The notes under the pieces are model-generated. The model was not told the DNA's origin, made no database searches, and saw only the letters and a program-made list of their open reading frames with translations. This document shows, piece after piece, positions 32,870 to 36,169 of a stretch of 36,169 bases of DNA. How positions within the stretch are numbered: the stretch's first letter is position 1; each line of letters starts with the position of its first letter. The position numbers and the translations under genes were made by a program. The stretch is from Octopus bimaculoides (taxonomy: Eukaryota), in assembly GCF_001194135.2 (NCBI RefSeq), contig NC_068991.1, positions 47,101,447-47,137,615 on the forward strand, written 5' to 3'.

Positions 32870-34420
32870 ACACACACACATACACACACACACACACTAT
32901 ATATATAAATGCACACATGTGCAGATAAGGATACACACCATAGAATGACAGAATGAACTAAACAGATCAGGAGGAGACACATGGACAACAGTAAATATGA
33001 TAATTTAATCAACCAAACTACTATCTAGACTGTCTCTGCTACTCTTCTTGGATATAAGCATAGATTTGATTTTACATCCACGAAATCGTGATGGCACTTG
33101 TGCCCAGCATCACCTTCCTGGCACTTGTGCTGGTGGCACGTGTAAAGACATTCGAGCAAGATTGTTGCCAGGAGGAGACACATGGGATGGAGAGTCAACT
33201 GAAGAGGTCACAGGACATGCGATGAAAGATTTNNNNNNNNNNNNNNNNNNNNNNNNNNNNNNNNNNNNNNNNNNNNNNNNNNNNNNNNNNNNNNNNNNNN
33301 NNNNNNNNNNNNNNNNNNNNNNNNNNNNNNNNNNNNNNNNNNNNNNNNNNNNNNNNNNNNNNNNNNNNNNNNNNNNNNNNNNNNNNNNNNNNNNNNNNNN
33401 NNNNNNNNNNNNNNNNNNNNNNNNNNNNNNNNNNNNNNNNNNNNNNNNNNNNNNNNNNNNNNNNNNNNNNNNNNNNNNNNNNNNNNNNNNNNNNNNNNNN
33501 NNNNNNNNNNNNNNNNNNNNNNNNNNNNNNNNNNNNNNNNNNNNNNNNNNNNNNNNNNNNNNNNNNNNNNNNNNNNNNNNNNNNNNNNNNNNNNNNNNNN
33601 NNNNNNNNNNNNNNNNNNNNNNNNNNNNNNNNNNNNNNNNNNNNNNNNNNNNNNNNNNNNNNNNNNNNNNNNNNNNNNNNNNNNNNNNNNNNNNNNNNNN
33701 NNNNNNNNNNNNNNNNNNNNNNNNNNNNNNNNNNNNNNNNNNNNNNNNNNNNNNNNNNNNNNNNNNNNNNNNNNNNNNNNNNNNNNNNNNNNNNNNNNNN
33801 NNNNNNNNNNNNNNNNNNNNNNNNNNNNNNNNNNNNNNNNNNNNNNNNNNNNNNNNNNNNNNNNNNNNNNNNNNNNNNNNNNNNNNNNNNNNNNNNNNNN
33901 NNNNNNNNNNNNNNNNNNNNNNNNNNNNNNNNNNNNNNNNNNNNNNNNNNNNNNNNNNNNNNNNNNNNNNNNNNNNNNNNNNNNNNNNNNNNNNNNNNNN
34001 NNNNNNNNNNNNNNNNNNNNNNNNNNNNNNNNNNNNNNNNNNNNNNNNNNNNNNNNNNNNNNNNNNNNNNNNNNNNNNNNNNNNNNNNNNNNNNNNNNNN
34101 NNNNNNNNNNNNNNNNNNACACACACACATACACACACACACACACTATATATATAAATGCACACATGTGCAGATAAGGATACACACCATAGAATGACAG
34201 AATGAACTAAACAGATCAGGAGGAGACACATGGACAACAGTAAATATGATAATTTAATCAACCAAACTACTATCTAGACTGTCTCTGCTACTCTTCTTGG
34301 ATATAAGCATAGATTTGATTTTACATCCACGAAATCGTGATGGCACTTGTGCCCAGCATCACCTTCCTGGCACTTGTGCTGGTGGCACGTGTAAAGACAT
34401 TCGAGCAAGATTGTTGCCAG
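32870..34420 (+). repeat. 302-bp direct duplication across a gap (32870-33171 = 34119-34420)
   Basis: Constant 1249-bp offset. I could find no differences by eye. Confidence 0.9.
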
Positions 34421-34693
34421 TGCCGCTGGACTGGCTCCTGTGCAGGTGGCACGTAAAATACACTATTTTGAGCGTGGCTGTTGCCAGTACCGCCTGACTG
34501 GCCTTCGTGCCGGTGGTACGTAAAAGCACACACTACACTCTCGGAGTGGTTGGTGTTAGGAAGGGCATCCAGCTGTAGGAACTCTGCCAAATCAGATTGG
34601 AACCTGGTGTAGCCATCTGGTTCCCAAGTCCTCAGTCAAATCGTCCAACCCATGCTAGCATGGAAAGCAGACGTTAAACGATGATGATGATGA
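34331..34693 (+). mobile_element. Family A
   Basis: CGAAATCGTGATGGCAC start, internal units, CCATGCTAGCATGG hairpin and (GAT)n tail. Confidence 0.9.
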
Positions 34694-34894
34694 ACAGTCC
34701 TCAAATTTCTTAAGTCAATTCAATGAAGTTCAATAGCTAACAGGTATCTACTTTATTAATACATAGGAATTAAAAATAAAATCCTCCCTAGTAGGGGTTG
34801 AACTCAGAGCATTGAGAAGCAGAAGTTTGGTAAGAGATCTAGTCCATTGCTTTACCAATTCTATAACTTGGCTGACAATTATATACAATTATAT

Positions 34895-35064
34895 AGGCGC
34901 AGGAGTGGCTGTGTGGTAAGTAGCTTGCTTACGAACCACACGGTTCCGGGTTCATTCTCACGGCGTGGCACCTTGGGCAAGTGTCTTCTACTATAGACTT
35001 GGGCCAACCGAAGCCTTGTGAGTGGATTTGGTAGACAGAAACTGAAAGAAGCCCGTCGTATATA

Positions 35065-35125
<61 letters not shown>

Positions 35126-35330
35126 TTGTGTGTCTGTGTCCCCCAACATCGCTTGACAACCGATGGTGGTGTGCTTAGGTCCCTGTAACTTAGCGGTTCG
35201 GCAAAAGAAACCAATAGAATAAGTATTAGGCATCCAAAGAATAAGTCCTGGGGTCGATTTGATTCGACTAAAGGCGGTGCTCCAGCATGGCCGCAGTCAA
35301 ATGACTGAAACAAGTAAAAGAGTAAAAGAG
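34895..35330 (+). mobile_element. SINE C, full-length, CpG-rich (young)
   Basis: GGCGCAGGAGTGGCTGTGTGG head, B-box GGTTCATTCTC, (TG)n, (GTAAAAGA)2 tail. Confidence 0.9.
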
Positions 35331-35737
35331 AATATCAAAACTGAGCTGATTGTTACACAGCTCATAATCTGTCCCCTGCCAAGGATACAGCAAAATCATG
35401 GGGCGGCAGCATGGCAGATTGTGAAGAGATAGCAGAAGAGCTCAACTGTGCCAGCAGTGCTTCTTACATTGATGCTGAGAGAAGGACTCCTAGAAGATCT
35501 CCAAGCTCTATCAAGAGAGTAACTGCAACACATCCATAGGGATGGCATCCATGGTTGTGCAATCAGCTAATGAATGAGTCATAATGACTAAAGCTCCCAA
35601 TTTAAATTCATAAAAATGGAATTAGATGGCAACAAGAGTCATGGGAATCTGCAAAAGCAGCAAAAAAAAAAAAGAAAAAAAAGAATTATAACCATCAATG
35701 ACCGCATTACATAACAGTGAGACTGTCACACAGCTTC

Positions 35738-35896
35738 AGCCATCCAGCCCAAATATTCTACCTGTTTTATGTTCAAACTGATCAGCTCCAGCCTCTCACA
35801 CCTACCTGACAATGTCATTCTAAAAATAAACAATCATATCATCACACCATCTTGAAGCAACAAGATAATGGTGATTAATTCTAAACACTGTGAATA
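35738..35896. mobile_element. MITE E internal fragment, truncated at both ends
   Basis: CAGCCATCCAGCCCAAATATTCTACCTG..AAACACTGTGAATA matches 30050-30205. Confidence 0.75.
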
Positions 35897-36005
35897 TAGG
35901 GCTTTCCTATAAGTAGGTTATCTCCCTTGGCTAGGCGGCACTCCATGTAGATAATTAAACTTCCGGAGGCTAACCCACGCCATTGTTATTGTTTTACGTC
36001 TTATC
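35897..36005 (+). promoter_or_regulatory. Putative promoter or terminal segment upstream of the SAP ORF
   Basis: Sequence changes abruptly from MITE E at about 35897. It contains an ETS-like ACTTCCGG (35959-35966) and a YY1-like CGCCATTGTT (35978-35987). These are motif matches only. Confidence 0.3.
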
Positions 36006-36169
36006 ATGGATATAAAGCAGCTTGATGATTCAGCTATCGAAGTACTTACTGTGCCTGAGTTAAAGAAATATTTAAGATTATATGGACAGTATGTTACTGG
36101 AAGAAAGGCGGACTTGATTGAAAGGTTGAAAGGTATAAAAATTCTGTCGATATGTCAACAAAGTAAATT
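36006..36169 (+). CDS. 5' part of an ORF with an N-terminal SAP domain, incomplete at the window edge; probably transposon-borne
   Basis: ATG at 36006 in a strong context (ATCATGG), with an in-frame upstream TAA at 35952. Translation MDIKQLDDSAIEVLTVPELKKYLRLYGQYVTGRKADLIERLKGIKILSICQQSK fits the SAP pattern L.V.ELK..L...G...(T/S)G.KA.LIERL. No stop before the edge. Confidence 0.7.
   Translation, partial: MDIKQLDDSAIEVLTVPELKKYLRLYGQYVTGRKADLIERLKGIKILSICQQSK

Overview
AT-rich, microsatellite-dense eukaryotic scaffold with six N-gaps. The repeat families look like those of a coleoid cephalopod, most likely Octopus; this comes from my recognition of the families, not from a database search. 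I could not confidently identify any host gene, rRNA, tRNA or CRISPR array, and most ORFs in the supplied track are artefacts of microsatellites or N-runs. The window is mostly nested mobile elements. These are: about 20 copies of an (ATT)n-tailed tRNA-derived SINE (my label B); CORE-like tRNA SINEs (C, D and variants); (GAT)n-tailed hairpin-ended elements (A, G); a (CAA)n-tailed element (F); piggyBac-type and hAT-type MITEs; three decayed R4/Dong-clade LINE fragments next to (TAA)n; a Ty3/gypsy relic; and a Penelope-like fragment with a minimal hammerhead-ribozyme motif. Most notable: (1) two divergent piggyBac-type MITEs each carry SINE D at the same site, with different 5' junctions; (2) a roughly 480-bp diverged foldback palindrome with a perfect central stem, split by a SINE; (3) a roughly 3-kb nest of LINEs and SINEs on one TAA/ATT microsatellite in opposite polarities; (4) a SAP-domain ORF, missing from the ORF track, that runs off the right edge. 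Family letters are my own labels, and repeat boundaries are approximate (about 10-20 bp) unless a target-site duplication (TSD) is given.
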